Positions 1-26,443 of a DNA stretch of 46,174 nucleotides are shown here, piece by piece. Source of the stretch: Hyphochytrium catenoides (Eukaryota > Protista > Hyphochytriomycota); the NCBI GenBank assembly GCA_900088475.1, contig FLMG01002556.1, positions 1 to 46,174 of the forward strand, given 5' to 3'. The notes under the pieces are model-generated. The model was not told where the DNA came from. It ran no database searches and worked only from the letters and a program-made list of their open reading frames with translations. Each line of letters begins with the position of its first letter. Positions within the stretch are counted from its first letter, which is position 1. A program made the translations under genes and the position numbers.

Positions 1-840
1 AGGACATGCTGGCTAAATTGTAGAAAGTGCTCCAACACTACTACTTAGTAGTACAATTTACCTTGCTTGGTCTTCAGCGTGACAGACCCACGCTTATCAA
101 CAATGATCAAGAACGAAGGTCCCTAAAATGCCTCGAGGATGCTAGAGGACAGCTATCTGCTGCGTGCTGGACGGAGCAACGAAGGCTAAAGGAGATCCGA
201 TAATTGTACTCGTACCTGTACAACTTTTAGTAAGATTGAGACAGGCGCCCAGTAAGCTTTACATAGAACTAGAAACTTGCTCTGTCAGTGTACTTTCTGG
301 ACTCATTCTCTTCTTCAACGATTGCCTGAGTGATGATGAGAGCTCGTAGTGAACCCTGAAAGTGTATGTCGGTCGGACAGTAAGAGCCGGCGCCGGCTAT
401 CAAACCTCCATGTCAACAGGTATATCGCACACGTACACTCAGCAAAAGGCACCGAGCGGCTAACGCCCGTCCCTACTTCTGAGTCTCACGTGGAACTTTC
501 ATAGAGACGGCGGCGCACACACGAGACTCTCGAGAAGGCAATGAATGAAGAGCTTTCTGATGATTTGTAGACCTTCAAAACCTATGTGAGAATCTTGAGA
601 TAGAGCACCAGCTTGATGTCTCGCTTGATCCTTGACAGCCTTTCTTATAGAACTAGGATATATGACGCTATATTCGCTAGGTTCCTGGTAGCCCTTCTAC
701 CTCGTGCGACATATAACCAGCGAGTCTAGGGAGGCTGAGTCGCTGTGCCGTCGCCAAAGATGTTGTTCAGAATGGGACACCGACTGTAGGTTAAGCACCA
801 CTGGAGTCCCCGCTTACGGAGCGGTGACCGGGCAAAGATA

Positions 841-3800
841 ATGGGGCCCGCGGCGGGATTGAAGGAAGAAGGTGCTCTATCCAGCACGGAAGAGGTCGGC
901 AGCTTCATTGCTTCATTTCTTGATGATAACTTCAAAAGCGTTGTCCTGTTAGAGGCAGCCGCCACGTCCGATGCTGCTAAAGACAGTGAGCACAGCAGAC
1001 TACAGCTCGGTTCCCACATTGCAAAAGTCAGGGACCACGTAGCAATGGAACTTGCCAGCCTGAGGAGTCAGGCCGCAGAGCTACAGCAGTCACGGCCGGC
1101 ATACTTGAAACAGGTCCTTAGCACCACACTAAAAAGTATTGATAACGTAGCAACACTTGAGCAGCAGCTTGAAGAAACAGATCGAGCCGTCGGAGGTGAG
1201 CACGACCGGCCCATGTTATCGCATCAAATGTTCTCTTCTGTTCCCTTCTTCCTCTTGTAAGGGCTTTGGAAATAGCTTGTCATTCAGGCCCGGAAGGTTA
1301 TAAGGGCTGCTTCATAACATCAGCCTTCTGTCATTGGTTCTCCTACCTCACTCTCAGATCACCTGAAGTCACATCAACCAAACTTGGACCGCCTCACTTC
1401 GCTCCTGGAGGATTATCTCTGGCTTCACAAAGAGGAAACCTATCTTAACCTCTTACTCCAGGTCGAAGAGGAGACACACTCTGCTAAAGAGCTCTTGGTG
1501 AAGCATGAGGTAGGGAGACTTTGCCTGGCTCAATTTCTGCTTTACTTCCCTTTCACGCCTGAGTTTCTTGTCTTCCTCTTGTCCTCGTTTGTCAACTCTG
1601 TCCAAAGCTTATGCACTCTCGACTCAGGGTGACGACATTATCGATAGCGTCATGGCTCTAGAGCGGCTAATCGAACTCAGGAAGAAGATCCCCCCGTCCT
1701 GCACACACCTTGAGGTTCGGCTTTGTAGAGAACAGACTATCATGCAACTCTTATATGAGCCTCAAAGTCGGTTCCTTTTTCCATCCTCCCATGTTGGGTC
1801 CACCACCTTGCTGCCTTTCTCCAACTCCATGACTAAGGTGATTATAAGATGTCTGATGGTTCTCCGCATCGTGTTTCCCCTTTTTTAACATGCCCTCTAG
1901 TCCGTACTGAGCAGTAGGCTGTGCTCTCTATCAACGGGTGTTAAGGCCAAGGCCATGACAGACATGAAAAAAGCCTTGAAGGAGCTCAAATGGCCAGCGA
2001 ACAAAGGCACTGCTCTCAACATCACCGAGGTAGCTACTGTCTGTCATTCCTTCCCGCTTGGATCTTGGCAAGCTGCTTACCATAGTGCCTCTTCCCATGG
2101 CCCTCATGGTGGCCAGGCAAGTATTCTCCTTTTTCGTAGGGCCTTGAAGCATCTTTTGTTGGTCCAGAGAGGTATCAGCAACACAGATAAGGTAAAATCG
2201 TATTGTGGTCCTTATCTTTTAGACTTATTGCGTGGTCTCCGCTAGGTGCTCCTTTTCTTCTCAGCGTTTACCGGTGCATCCTGTCTCGCTCCCCTCGGCC
2301 CTCCCTAATAGTAGCTGTCCTAGCAACTGACGCCGGACATGGAAGTCTGGGCTGTATCCGCCCTGACTGAGCCTCTCGTACGCCGTTTCCGATATCACTT
2401 TGAGGGCGATGTTAAGACGAACCGCTTGGACAAGCCTGAGTGGGTATATCACCACCTCGTGGCCGTCTTTCGGTAAGGACATTTCTGTCACGTCTCCTCA
2501 TAGTAGCTACAGGAAGAGTGATGACCTAGGATTAGTGCATCTGAAGCTATGATATCCGTGCAGCCTCTGCTTCCCTCTTGCTCTGCCGTCTTCTTGTCTC
2601 CGACGTCTCTGTGACCTAGTCTGACTATCTCTCTTTCCCGTTGCGGCTAGTCTCCATATCCCATTCACCAGTCAACACGTACAGCCAGTATTTGATGAGA
2701 GTGGATATGGCGCATGCGACGTATCCTCTCTCTTCATCAAGGATTTAATCCGGGCGGCCAGCAAAAGGCTTCGCGTGATTCTTCCTTCACTTGCCAACGA
2801 ACCCAAACTCCTTTCCCTGACAATTGACGAGACAATCTCGTTTGAGCAGGTAAGGCCCTTCCAAGGAGAGCACATGAGTAGAAAGGGGGATTCAGACGAC
2901 GGAAATATGAACAATAGCTGAGATTGGCCATCCAAACGGCAGGATATCTGACCTCCTATCTTCTACGTCGAAGGACATGTAAGCAGGAATGTCTTACGGT
3001 TGTTCTGCAGGCGATGTCAAACGAGTTCCAGTATGGCACAGCTCTAGGGCAAACCAAGGAGGATGGCGCCGGGTGGCCCCACTGCCTGTCCGTTTTTGCT
3101 GAGACTCCAGCTAAACTCGACCTTTGGCTGACCGTAAGTCTTGCTCCCTTAGCGATTTTGCTCCTACGGCTCGCTCCGCCTATGACATCCTTTCATCTAG
3201 CACCCCAAATGGACTTCTATAACTGCATCAAATCTCGAAGCCCACGTTGTGTTCATGTCAATGACACCTAACGGAACAGGCTGCTAACACACGATTTCTT
3301 GCTCTTGCAGGTGGACTATGACATTACATTCTCACGATATGGGGAGATATTGAGCTCAAAGGCGGCATGGAAACAACCCTTAGGGAGAGGGGGGTTGCAG
3401 CAAAGAAAGTCAGAGAGAAGAGGCACAGAAGTTGACGAATTGGAGATGAAGGTGCCGGAATCGGTCCTTAGGCTGATAGAGCTCCTTAAGAGAGTAGAGG
3501 AGCGATTCATTTTTCTCCCGCGGCAAGAGGATAAGTTCCTATTCATTGAGAGGATACAGCGAGTGCTGTTGAGGAAGTATAGCGAGGTACGCTTCACCGT
3601 AGGTCTTCTACCTCCTACCCGTCCCAACGATTGCTACACCTCGTCATTGTCTCGACATACCTGTTTGCTATTCTCCACACTATTTACCACTATAGTTTCT
3701 TTGAGCACCGTAGTTCTGTACCCGATGATCCACGTTTCTAGGTTCTGTGACCTATCTCGTTATCAGCTCAAGCATCTAAAGTTAGAGGGTTAGTGACGTC

Positions 3801-6068
3801 TAACGGACACACCATAGCAACTTATCCTGCTGGGACGAAACTGTTATATCCGAGAAGCCGTGAGCGATCCACAGGTATTGTCTAGACTACTATGGAAGCG
3901 CAGTATATGATAGAGGCGAGAAGAGTTACAACCCGTGTTGGTTTGGTGTGAGAGAAAGGAGATTTGCCTGGAAATCATTGGAAGAGAAATCTGTAAAAGA
4001 TTGCTAAGGTTAACTGTTTACGTCTTACAGAGTTCTCTCCTGAGCTCCTATTGCATGGCCATGAATGCGTCCAGATATCTCGATGTGATTCTGTCCGATA
4101 TTCAGGAGGAGCCACTGTACCTTCAGATTCACTTTGAAAGACAGGAGAGGAGGAACCTAGCTAATGCTAGAAGAAGGGGCCCAAGTACTTTGATTTCAGC
4201 TCTTCAAAGGTTAAATGGCTATCTCGCTCAAACTTGGACGGCAGCACTAACCTTACCCTATCTACCATCCAGAGTTGGTGGGACTCTATCCAGTGCTGTC
4301 GACTCCAAGCTTGGACTTCCTCATGACGCAGAGCAGACCATCTCACAGGCTATCGCCTCAGTCAAGAACTCTGCCGAAGCTACCGCCGTACGGTGCCATC
4401 ATTCTATCCTGCTATCCTCGCTGTGCCGTTACCTCTGTCCTTACTCATACTAGTCGCTCTTGCTACCATATGTAAACAAGGGCTCTCTTCTCTCGCAAAG
4501 GGCTGTGCTCTGATTCTCTCCACTAGGTCAATTTCCTGTTACGCTTGTCTGGCTCCTCTCAGCAGGATGTGCTCTGAATCGCTCTATGCGATTCCCTGTT
4601 GAGCTTCTAGGGCCTCTTCTCACGTTTATACTCCCTTCCTTTGATTCTGTCATAAAGGTGTCTAAGGTGCCTCACCGCGCTAACAGAATCTAAGGCCCTA
4701 GCTCCTTGTTCTTAATATTGCTATTTACAGGTGTCTGAGGCGGTGCTGGGCCCACAGTCCATGATCGGGCCTGCCGCTGCGCTTTCAGCTGCGTTTAGCA
4801 CTATGCGCGGAGCTGTACAAAGCAAGGCGGTAACCGACGTCCTAACGATGGCCAAAGGGTCGTTGAGAAGACGGAGCAATGTCCCACTCTCTCCTACTGG
4901 AAATAGGAATAGTTTCTCCGCTAAAGTGAACTCTCCCATACCCTCAGCACCAAAGGGGGAGGAGAGTACTGAAGGACAAGCTCCGCAGACGTCATCTGAA
5001 GAATTGCCGGCTATGGACGTCCAATACGATAGAGATGCAGTTGAAGAAGAGGTTGTGGAAGGTTTACTATTTCAAGCCGAGATAGAGAGACTGCGTCTGG
5101 TTCACTCCTCCCTCATTGAAGATCTTGTAGACTCCATAGTCCTCTCCTTCAAAGTCCATGCCCGGGATTACTTGCACAGGTATGAACCCTACTCTATAAC
5201 CTAGGGTCAGTCATAGTGTTTATCCATAATCTTTCCTCCTCATACGCGATTCGGCATGCTCTCTCTCATCATCGGTGGTCTTTACAGGGAGGACTGGGAA
5301 GACATGACGCATCCTGACGGTGAAGAACTCCAGGCTGCTGGGCCTTCGTCGGAGCTATGGCGCCCTTTATCTATGCTGAAGGAACAACTGGTACCTTCCT
5401 GTTTCATCATTAGTTGGCCCTAGTATCTTCTGATCGTTACTACCATGTCTAGATAACCTTCAGAGAACTGTTACCTTTCGAGACGTTTGCCACAGTCCTA
5501 CACAACTCTCTTTCGAAGCTAGATCTTTACCTCTCCGATTGGATTGTAAACCAGGTAAGCAAAATCATAGACAGGGGAGGGGCTGTTAGCCTTATGTGAA
5601 CTGAGGGGAAGGGAAAACGGAAGCAAATCACTCATTTACTTTTTCCCGCGATAGCGTTTTTCTGCAAGTGCTAGGACTCAAGTCTGCATAGATTTCGATG
5701 GCCTGTTGCAGCTCTTGGGACTTTTCTCAAAGAAACCCTCAAATTGTTTACCCAGGTGGTTCTCTCTCCCATGTTATAGTTGAGTCTGATACCTTTCTTG
5801 TGAAGTCGACGGACTGAATCCCACCTCTCTTTGTTTTCGATCAGAACCACCTCCTGACTAATTCTGTCCATTTCCTAGGCTCAAAGAATGTTGTTTGATC
5901 TTCCAACTACCGGTGGGAAAAGTCAAAGAGCTGCATGCAGCCTTTAGTGGGCAATTGGACACCTCCGAGCTTCAAGAGCAGCTGAGCACGATTCTTGAGA
6001 CGTTGGGTGTGTTCAATCTCTCAGCTAGAGATGCACGGACTCTCTGGAGGAACATGTTGGAGGCTTAA
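841..6068 (+). CDS. RINT1: RINT1/TIP20 family ER tethering protein (NRZ/Dsl1 complex), multi-exon
   Basis: An exon at ~2324-2472 translates to LTEPLVRRFRYHFEGDVKTNRLDKPEWVYHHL, the hallmark RFxYHFxG...TNRLDKPEW motif. There is an N-terminal coiled coil (ORF 841-1260). C-terminal exons read FSASARTQVCIDFDGLL and LKECCLIFQL...RNMLEA* (TAA 6066-6068). Introns are GT-AG. Confidence 0.9.
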
Positions 6069-6070
6069 GA

Positions 6071-8826
6071 CTAAGACATGAAGGAAAAGGCAGAAAATGA
6101 TAAGGAGCTTCGAGACCTAGAGCCATCGAAGGGTGTCATCAGGCACCACAGATATTTCACGCAGAGGCAAGCGGTAGTTTTGACTATACGTTATAGCGCT
6201 TTAAGCCGATCCTATGCATACCGGAGGATATTGAGCGACAGACAGGCCAACGGAGATATCCGCAGCCGCTGTCTTGCCTCAACCTCGTAGATCTGTATAC
6301 TGGAGTTCAGATATCTCAATTAGGCTTCAGTTGCCAGGACAATTTTGGCGAGAGCCGTGTCCTATGTCTGCGGCCTTGACACGATTGTCTCCAGTGAGCT
6401 AGACCTGATATCGGTAGAGACCAATCTGCTCGGGCGTCGGCCTTAGCTGTTGTCATACGTAGATTATATGTCGTTGGTCTGCCCAAGGTAAGGCATGTCC
6501 TGGTCTTTGTATAAAGTTGCTGAATAGGGTGCCATGTGGCACTACCTAGTAAGGAGTTCAGTAATAATAGACAGATCTTCTCGATAAGTCTTGGAGTGTG
6601 GCTTTGCAGTCCCAGACATTAACGAACCCTCCGTGATGCCTTTGGGACAGAGGAAGAGGCTGCTTGTTGCCCTTTTCCTCCTTTGTGATGTCTCCTTTCG
6701 AAGTCCGGCTCTCTGCTCCGGTTTAACTTTGCTCTTCTCTTCACTGCCACCATATAGTTCTCCTCCCCGTTGTCTCCTTTACCCGCCTGAAGCCTAGCAA
6801 GCTCGTCTCGACAGCCGTTGAGCTCTTTAATACACAGTTCGTGTTGGCTAAGACAAAGAGGGTAAGAAAGAAAGGACTGCGCGGGAGATTCTTGCGGTGG
6901 AGACACTTTGAAGGAAAAGTTACATAGTGTGGTGGACACCTTCCTCGAGGAGAAACACCAAGATATCAAATGAGAGGATAGAATAATGTTGAAGCGATTC
7001 GTTACCTGCGCTCTTTCGCCAAGGCAAGTGTCAACTCCTCTATCCTTTCCTGATATCGTGCAAGCGTCTCTACCACCTGTAAAGCGTGTAGGTGCTGTGT
7101 CTCATACTTGAAGACTGAACAGCACGGATTGGTCCCAAGAGCTCACCTGGTCTTGATGAGGTAAAGAATTTGGTCGGGTATGACCTTCCCATAATCTGTT
7201 CAAGTCAGCTGAGCCTTCTAAACCAGTGAAACCTTTAAGCAAACTGGAAGTCTGCTCCGCTGGCGAAGTCAAAGGAGGGGAGTGACGGTCAGAGAAATGA
7301 GGGGTAGATATGTGGAAGCAAGAACAAAAGCAGCAGGACTGTGGGCTTCGCGTAGAGTACGTACTCTCGGGAGGATATTAGGGAGTAGATAGCGGGAGAG
7401 AAGGCTGAACTTAGGCTGAGTGGAGGGCATTAGTGAGAGCTCACCTCCGTAAACTTTGTCATTTTGGTATGAGAGGCATCTCGGCTCTATGTCAGATAGT
7501 TCACTCTGGAAGCTGACCAGACGCTCCTCAGCATCCCTGGCACGGTCTACAAGGATAAGGCAGGGACACTCTGGTTAGATCGATCTGAAAGGTAGGTGAA
7601 GGCGAGGCAGAGATCGATCCAGACGGAGGAGGTAGGTGATCTCCTGAAGAGAAACAAGAGCTTGTGATAGGTTGTGTGTTGTGGGAGCAGGTAGGCTAGC
7701 GTTCACCTGCTTCAATCTGGAGGCTCTCTTGCAGCTTCTTTATGTTCTGCTTGTACATTCTCTGAAGAGTGTGGACGTCTCGTTCCAGCTCCTCTTTCTC
7801 TCTAGCATGCTGACGCCTGACCTCCGCCAATTGCGCTCTATACTTGTCGCTTCCTGCATCCTCATCTTTAGCTTTCGTTGTGAACTCATGTTGCAACGTT
7901 TTTTGCACAGTGGAGCCTGCTGGACTTGATGGGAGCCTTGTGGCATGCAGTAGGAATCAATTAGCAGCTCTTGCTCTCTTCTCCATCCCTCTCTGAGTCT
8001 CGGCGTAGTAGTCTTCCCGGCACCCACTTCGGTCCTTTCGGTGTGCATTAACGCGCTTTTGACCTCAATGTGCTTGATCCTCAGCGGCTCATCACATACC
8101 TTGAGCTTTGGCTCTGAGACTGGCTGTTTTCTGAAAGGTAGCCTTGATAGGGATAAGAAGGGCGAGAAGTGCCATTGCAAAAGATTTGCAGGTCCTGAAG
8201 TACCCTTGCAACGTCTGCGGCAGAGGATGCTTCAAAAGACAATAGCTCTCCTGTCTTTAGAAGGATATCAAAGCAAGGTTTGGGACTAGGCCGTTGCCTG
8301 GCAGTAAGGACGCTCCCCAGTTTGCATTGCTCCAAGAGGCTTGCTTCTTCGGGCTGGTGGAGGTCAGCATCCCCGTCCCTTAGCACATTGCGGGAAAGTT
8401 AGTTAAAGTGGATGAGGACTTGTGCAACCCTTATAAGCTGATGCTTTACCTGCCGAGAGACCACGCCTGCAACTCCTCTGAATCTCTGTTAATCAATATC
8501 CGGCAAGGAAGCCAGTAGAAAAGACCATTCACGTCTTCTGTACGGATCTTAGCCTTCAGCACCTCATAGGTTTCGTCCAGCTTCATAACGCGCTCGTTTT
8601 CGACTTAAGTCCTCCCCCGTACACCCGGTTTTCTAGAGATCAGAATCTTACCCTTAGCATGCATATGGTGGATATCAAGAAGTCCAGACCTGGTAGAGGC
8701 TGGCACTAGATCAGCTGAATCATGCGGACAGAGAGGAAGCTCGGATTGCGTCCGTGTCAAACGTTCAGAGGCAACGATTGAAGATTGGAAGGTCAGCGCC
8801 TTCAGCTGAAGCTTCAGAAGCAGCAT
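6071..8826 (-). CDS. Uncharacterised multi-exon protein with a possible PH-like N-terminal region and coiled coils
   Basis: Exons read VENERVMKLDETYEVLKAKIRTEDVNGLFYWLPCRILIN, KPCFDILLKTGELLSFEASSAADVARVLQDLQIF (beta-beta-helix pattern like a PH C-terminus) and the heptad-rich KYRAQLAEVRRQHAREKEELERDVHTLQRMYKQNIKKLQESLQ. Both ends are uncertain; the gene could stop near 6619 or continue to TAG 6071-6073. Confidence 0.55.
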
Positions 8827-9153
8827 TTTCCAGATCCATCGTCAAAGCTCAAGAAATCGCGCTAGTAACGGCTTCTTCTCCTCCCATAATAGACGGAATA
8901 TGAGTAGACCCTATTACCACCAACGCCGGTAAAGCCACTTTGTATGACTGCAATACTTATTTTCTTTATAGAGAAGGAGTATGTGTCCTTCTAATGTCGT
9001 AATACTGCCTTGTTGATGACGGATGATGATTGATGATGATGTTTCCATACTTTCAAAATATTCTACAGGTGGGGAGGAGGTACGGCTTTACAAAAGGAAC
9101 GCGAAAGCTTCAGGCGTCCTCACTTGGGTTGAGCGATCTAGGCATGAAGACAG

Positions 9154-12046
9154 CTATTTCTTTGCCTTGGCAGGTACTGGCGCTGCAGCGGTAGAAGGGT
9201 TCTTCGTTTGCACGTGACGACTGGGTGGAGCTGGTGTCTCATCCTCCTCCTCTTCGGCCTCCTGCTCCATCGAATTAACAACAGCGAGCTTTAGTTGGAG
9301 TCGTAAGCGGTAGTTTTTAGAGAACATATAACGAACGAAGAGATACATGCAGAACGCAAGAAGCAAAGTAAGGCGTTCATCTCCTTATCAGCGAAAACCC
9401 TAGTCGTCACCCGCACACACGCCAAAGGTTGGTCAGTTAGTTACCTCTAATTCGGCCTTAAGGTCTTCAACCTCAGCCTCAAGGTTTGCCTTTTCCTCTT
9501 CAAGCTCATCGATCAGCTGCTCACTGTCTGCAAGCTTCATTTTCGTCTCGGCAAGCTCCGTCTAAGATTCGCACGTGCACGATCGAGGAAATTATAGTCA
9601 GAAGATGGAAGCAATTAGAGTTTGACAGGCGGAAGAGGCGCAAACATTAGCTCTGCGCGCCATAGAGAATGAAAGGGGAGGGACAATTGGTATCTACCTC
9701 CAGGCGTTGCAGAGTCTTCCCTGCCTCTGATCGCATGTAGCCCTCAACTTCCGTCAATTGGATCTCCACCCGGCCCTTCTCTGCCTCCAGTCTAGTGACT
9801 TCCTGCGGGGCAGAGTATTAGTGCTTTAAATCTTGCTTGCTGGCTCCTCTTCTACCGATTGGTACCATCGGTAAATTACGTGCAGGAAGACTTTTGGTAG
9901 CTATCCTCTGTCTGTCTAGAGATAAAGAATGCTACGGAAGTCGGAGGCATGTACCTTCTGAAGAATCGCAACTTGCTTATTTAGGTTGGCAATCTTCTCC
10001 TCTTGCCCAGCGAGAGTCTGCTTCTGGCTTCTGCTCTCGCATATCAAGGTAAGAGAGAAAACTAGATAGTGCTACAGCTTTTTCTCTCTTACGTTCTTAA
10101 CGAGTCACCCTCCTGTAGGAGCTGGCCCAGCCTTTCGTTCTCCGTCTCAAGAGCAATTATGCGATCCTATCACAAGAGAAAAACGTTAGACAGTGAGGAG
10201 TGAACGAGAGTGTCTCCTATCGATATAGTTGAAGAGGGAAGGTCTAGCAGAATAATATAGAGCTAATTGCAAGGATGTTCTACTGTCAACGGTGCGAGTG
10301 ACGGTAGCACTGTCCAGAAAATCAATAAGGCCTCAGCCCCTGACTTATTAAAGGTAAAACCTTTCAGGAGCGGATGGCACCGTCTAGAAGGCAAAAGGCA
10401 AAGCGCTCTTCAGCTCACCTTCAATCCTTCTGACTCGTTTTGCAACTTCTCCACGAGAACATCTTGCTCATCTTGCTCCCTTTCAAGCGCTTCAATCTCA
10501 GTCAGTTTTTCAGTCATTTCTTTCTCCAGCTCTTCCAGTCGTGAGTGCAGGGCTTCATTCTCTGTCTCATGCTTTTTAAGTTCCTGTGTATGAAGCGGGA
10601 ACATTCAAACAAACAGTTAAGAGACTTCCAGAGGGTTGCAGGGCTCCCAAATCAGAGATGTCGTTAATTCCAAGAGCTAGAAATAGTGTAGAAGCCAAAA
10701 AGCGGACTGGACTCGAGGCAAAGAGAGCGCTATGGATGTCTCACCTCCTCAACCTCCTGGTACTCAATCCTCAGACTTTGTAGTTCCTTGTCCAGTTCAT
10801 CACGTTGCATCGTGACTCCATAAAGCTTGCCTTCTAGCTCTATCGCCGTCGAATCAATGACTTCCAGTTCTTTTTGTAAGGCAGCCAGCTGCACCCTGTC
10901 GGTGCTTTGATGCTTCTTCCCATCCTGAAGTTCCTCTCTTAATCTCCTGTTCTCCTGCTCTAGTTGACCCAAATAGGCACTAAGCTCACTTTGGAGATTT
11001 GTGCGATCGCCAGTCAGCAGAAAGTTGAGCCTCTCTTTAGACTTTGTCCCTGAAGGGTTCCGATCAGAGCGCGCGGGAAATTTTCGGTAAGAACAAGATC
11101 GCCATTTAGAGAAGGAAGAAGGAATTACAGCGTCAGGATAGGCAATGAGTACTCTGGAAACTAAGGCCTCGTGGTTCGCACCTGAGACGCTGCTCCCATC
11201 TGACGGCATTAGCGACTTCTCAAATATATACACCATTTCATCTCCAAGCTTGCCGTCAACATAGTCCAATACTGGATTCCCAATCTTAGCTATTCCGTGA
11301 ACGAGGGGCTTGGCTCTGTAAAGCCACAAGGAAGCAGTCAACGGGGGGAAAGGGCGTGGGGGCTTCGGAGAACAACTAGATAGACAGGGCCCCAGTGGAC
11401 AAAGAGGAGGGATTGCAAGAAGGAACACGCAATTCACCTACAGTCTGTCAATCCGAGATAGGTGGAAGGCACCTTCGTAAAGCCCAAGGATCCCTCCAAT
11501 GACAGGTGCCTGTCTCGTGGCCGTGTACGCATTGCTGACCTTTAGCCAAAGGCCAATAGAAGGAGCTATAAGTGGAAGTACAGGGCCATACGTTATAGCC
11601 CATCAATCCGAACTTACCCCGTCCATAACTGAGTTTCCAAGCTTCCTCAGTGGTTTCACGGAAATGGGAGATCCAACTTCACCGCTCGAGACAGAGGTGA
11701 GGTCTACAACATCGGCGCCACTGCTGGAATCACTCTCAACACCCAGTTCCTCCTGTGTAGCTGGAATCAGGCTTGGAGGAGCTTGAGATGATGAGTAATA
11801 CGATGAGGCATCGGAGAGTCCATCATCGCCGTCAGGGCGATACCCCCACTCCGATCTGGACCCGGATTGAGAGCCCCCATTCTCATCCAGGTCCATGGTG
11901 GAAGCTCTGGCCTGCGGGGCTGGAGCCTGGCGCTTTTGAACTCCCTCAAACTGCAAGGCAAACTTATCTTGATGCTCTGCCCGGAGTGACTTGGCACTGG
12001 CGGCAGATAGCTGGTTCTTACCGACCGGCTTTACCTCTACGACCAT
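9154..12046 (-). CDS. Coiled-coil protein with Ser-rich N-terminus and a perilipin/PAT-like helical segment, multi-exon
   Basis: ATG at 12046 is followed by a GTAAG donor. A low-complexity exon lies at ~11620-11950. Spliced segment NSVMDG|VSNAYTATRQAPVIGGILGLYEG...AKPLVHGIAKIGNPVLDYVDGKLG is followed by many coiled-coil exons (ELSAYLGQLEQENRRLREEL, ELAETKMKLADSEQLIDELEEEK), ending APVPAKAKK* at 9154. Confidence 0.7.
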
Positions 12047-13224
12047 GGCGCGGAACAAGGACAAAAAGGTCGCTGCTATCAGGCTTTCTGCACTTTTGCA
12101 ATTTCCGACTGAGCTTCCACTTCGAAGAGATTAAATGCCAATTGACAGCAGGGGAAACAATGAAAGAACACCGTCTGGCCAAAATCCCGAGCTTCCAGCA
12201 GATTGCTCTTACTCTGAGGGAAAACTTCTCACTAGCAAGGTGCCAGAAGTAACACAGCGTTCCTGCTCTGAAAGCTCCCCTCCTCCTAAGCAAAGTCTTT
12301 GACACTTGCTAACCCGTTGCCTGTGCTCCAGAGCAAGGGTAAGAAGGAAGATAGACGTCGGTCAAGCCTGCAAATGCAGGAGCGCAAGTGAGACAGAGTG
12401 AGGGGATGATGAAGCAAGGAGGATGGAGCCAGCGCTACGTAGCTGGCACAGTGGACTAGAGAGGAGTGATCATCGTTGTACTGCAGAGACAAGCCTGTCC
12501 GCCCTTGCTCCCCAACTGCAAGGAAGGAAGTCAGTGGGATCCGATTCTCATCGTCCTGTCCCGTTCAGGTCTAGGCCTGCGTTATAAATCAGGAATCAAG
12601 TCTACAAGAAGCCTCTTTTTCCCCTAATCCACAAGGCCCATGACTGATATTAAGAATTCCCACGGTTCGTCCTTCAAAAGTACTTGTAGAACTGCTTTGG
12701 GTTTTGGCCGTTCAATTGAAGGAAGAAAAAATGGTCCTTCTACCACAGTACGGCACGCACACTCTGTCTCGTTTGCGTATGGGTGTTCCTTGTAACAATA
12801 ATAAAAGAATGATCCTATTCCTCCTTGCCCTCTCTCTCTCATTTCCTTTAGCCCTGGGGTTAGCCTTTATTTACAGGAAAGGTGCGGGAGGTATCTTAAC
12901 TGCGGGAAGTTACATGGCTTCTCTGTACAGTAGTGACAGCAGGTGAAGTGATACGGAAGATCTGGGAGAGGCCAGGAACAAGAAGCTTTCACAGGATTTC
13001 AATGGTACTTTTGAATCTTTGGAGTGGTCTTCTTTCTTTCTAGTCTTTCTTGGTACTTATTTATTCTACTAGTGATTGTTTCTTACTATGAAATATTTAT
13101 GCACGATTGAGGAATGCGTCACAACTTCAATTCACCAAAAATCCGTTTCAAACTCAGTAGCCGCTAACGCCCGAACAAAAACTGAAACTCTGTCTGGTAA
13201 GGATTCTCCATGGACAAGCCAAGA

Positions 13225-26443
<13,219 letters not shown>

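Noticed and set aside
1-411. Possible 5' end of a minus-strand gene (ATG GAG|gt...cag|GSLRALIITQAIVEEENESRK) divergent from RINT1
   Set aside because: I could not build a convincing continuous spliced frame or recognise a domain.
12286-13200. Short ORFs between the coiled-coil gene and the BEACH-ELMO stop, including hydrophobic 12704-12946
   Set aside because: Non-ATG starts and no motifs; more consistent with UTR or promoter sequence.
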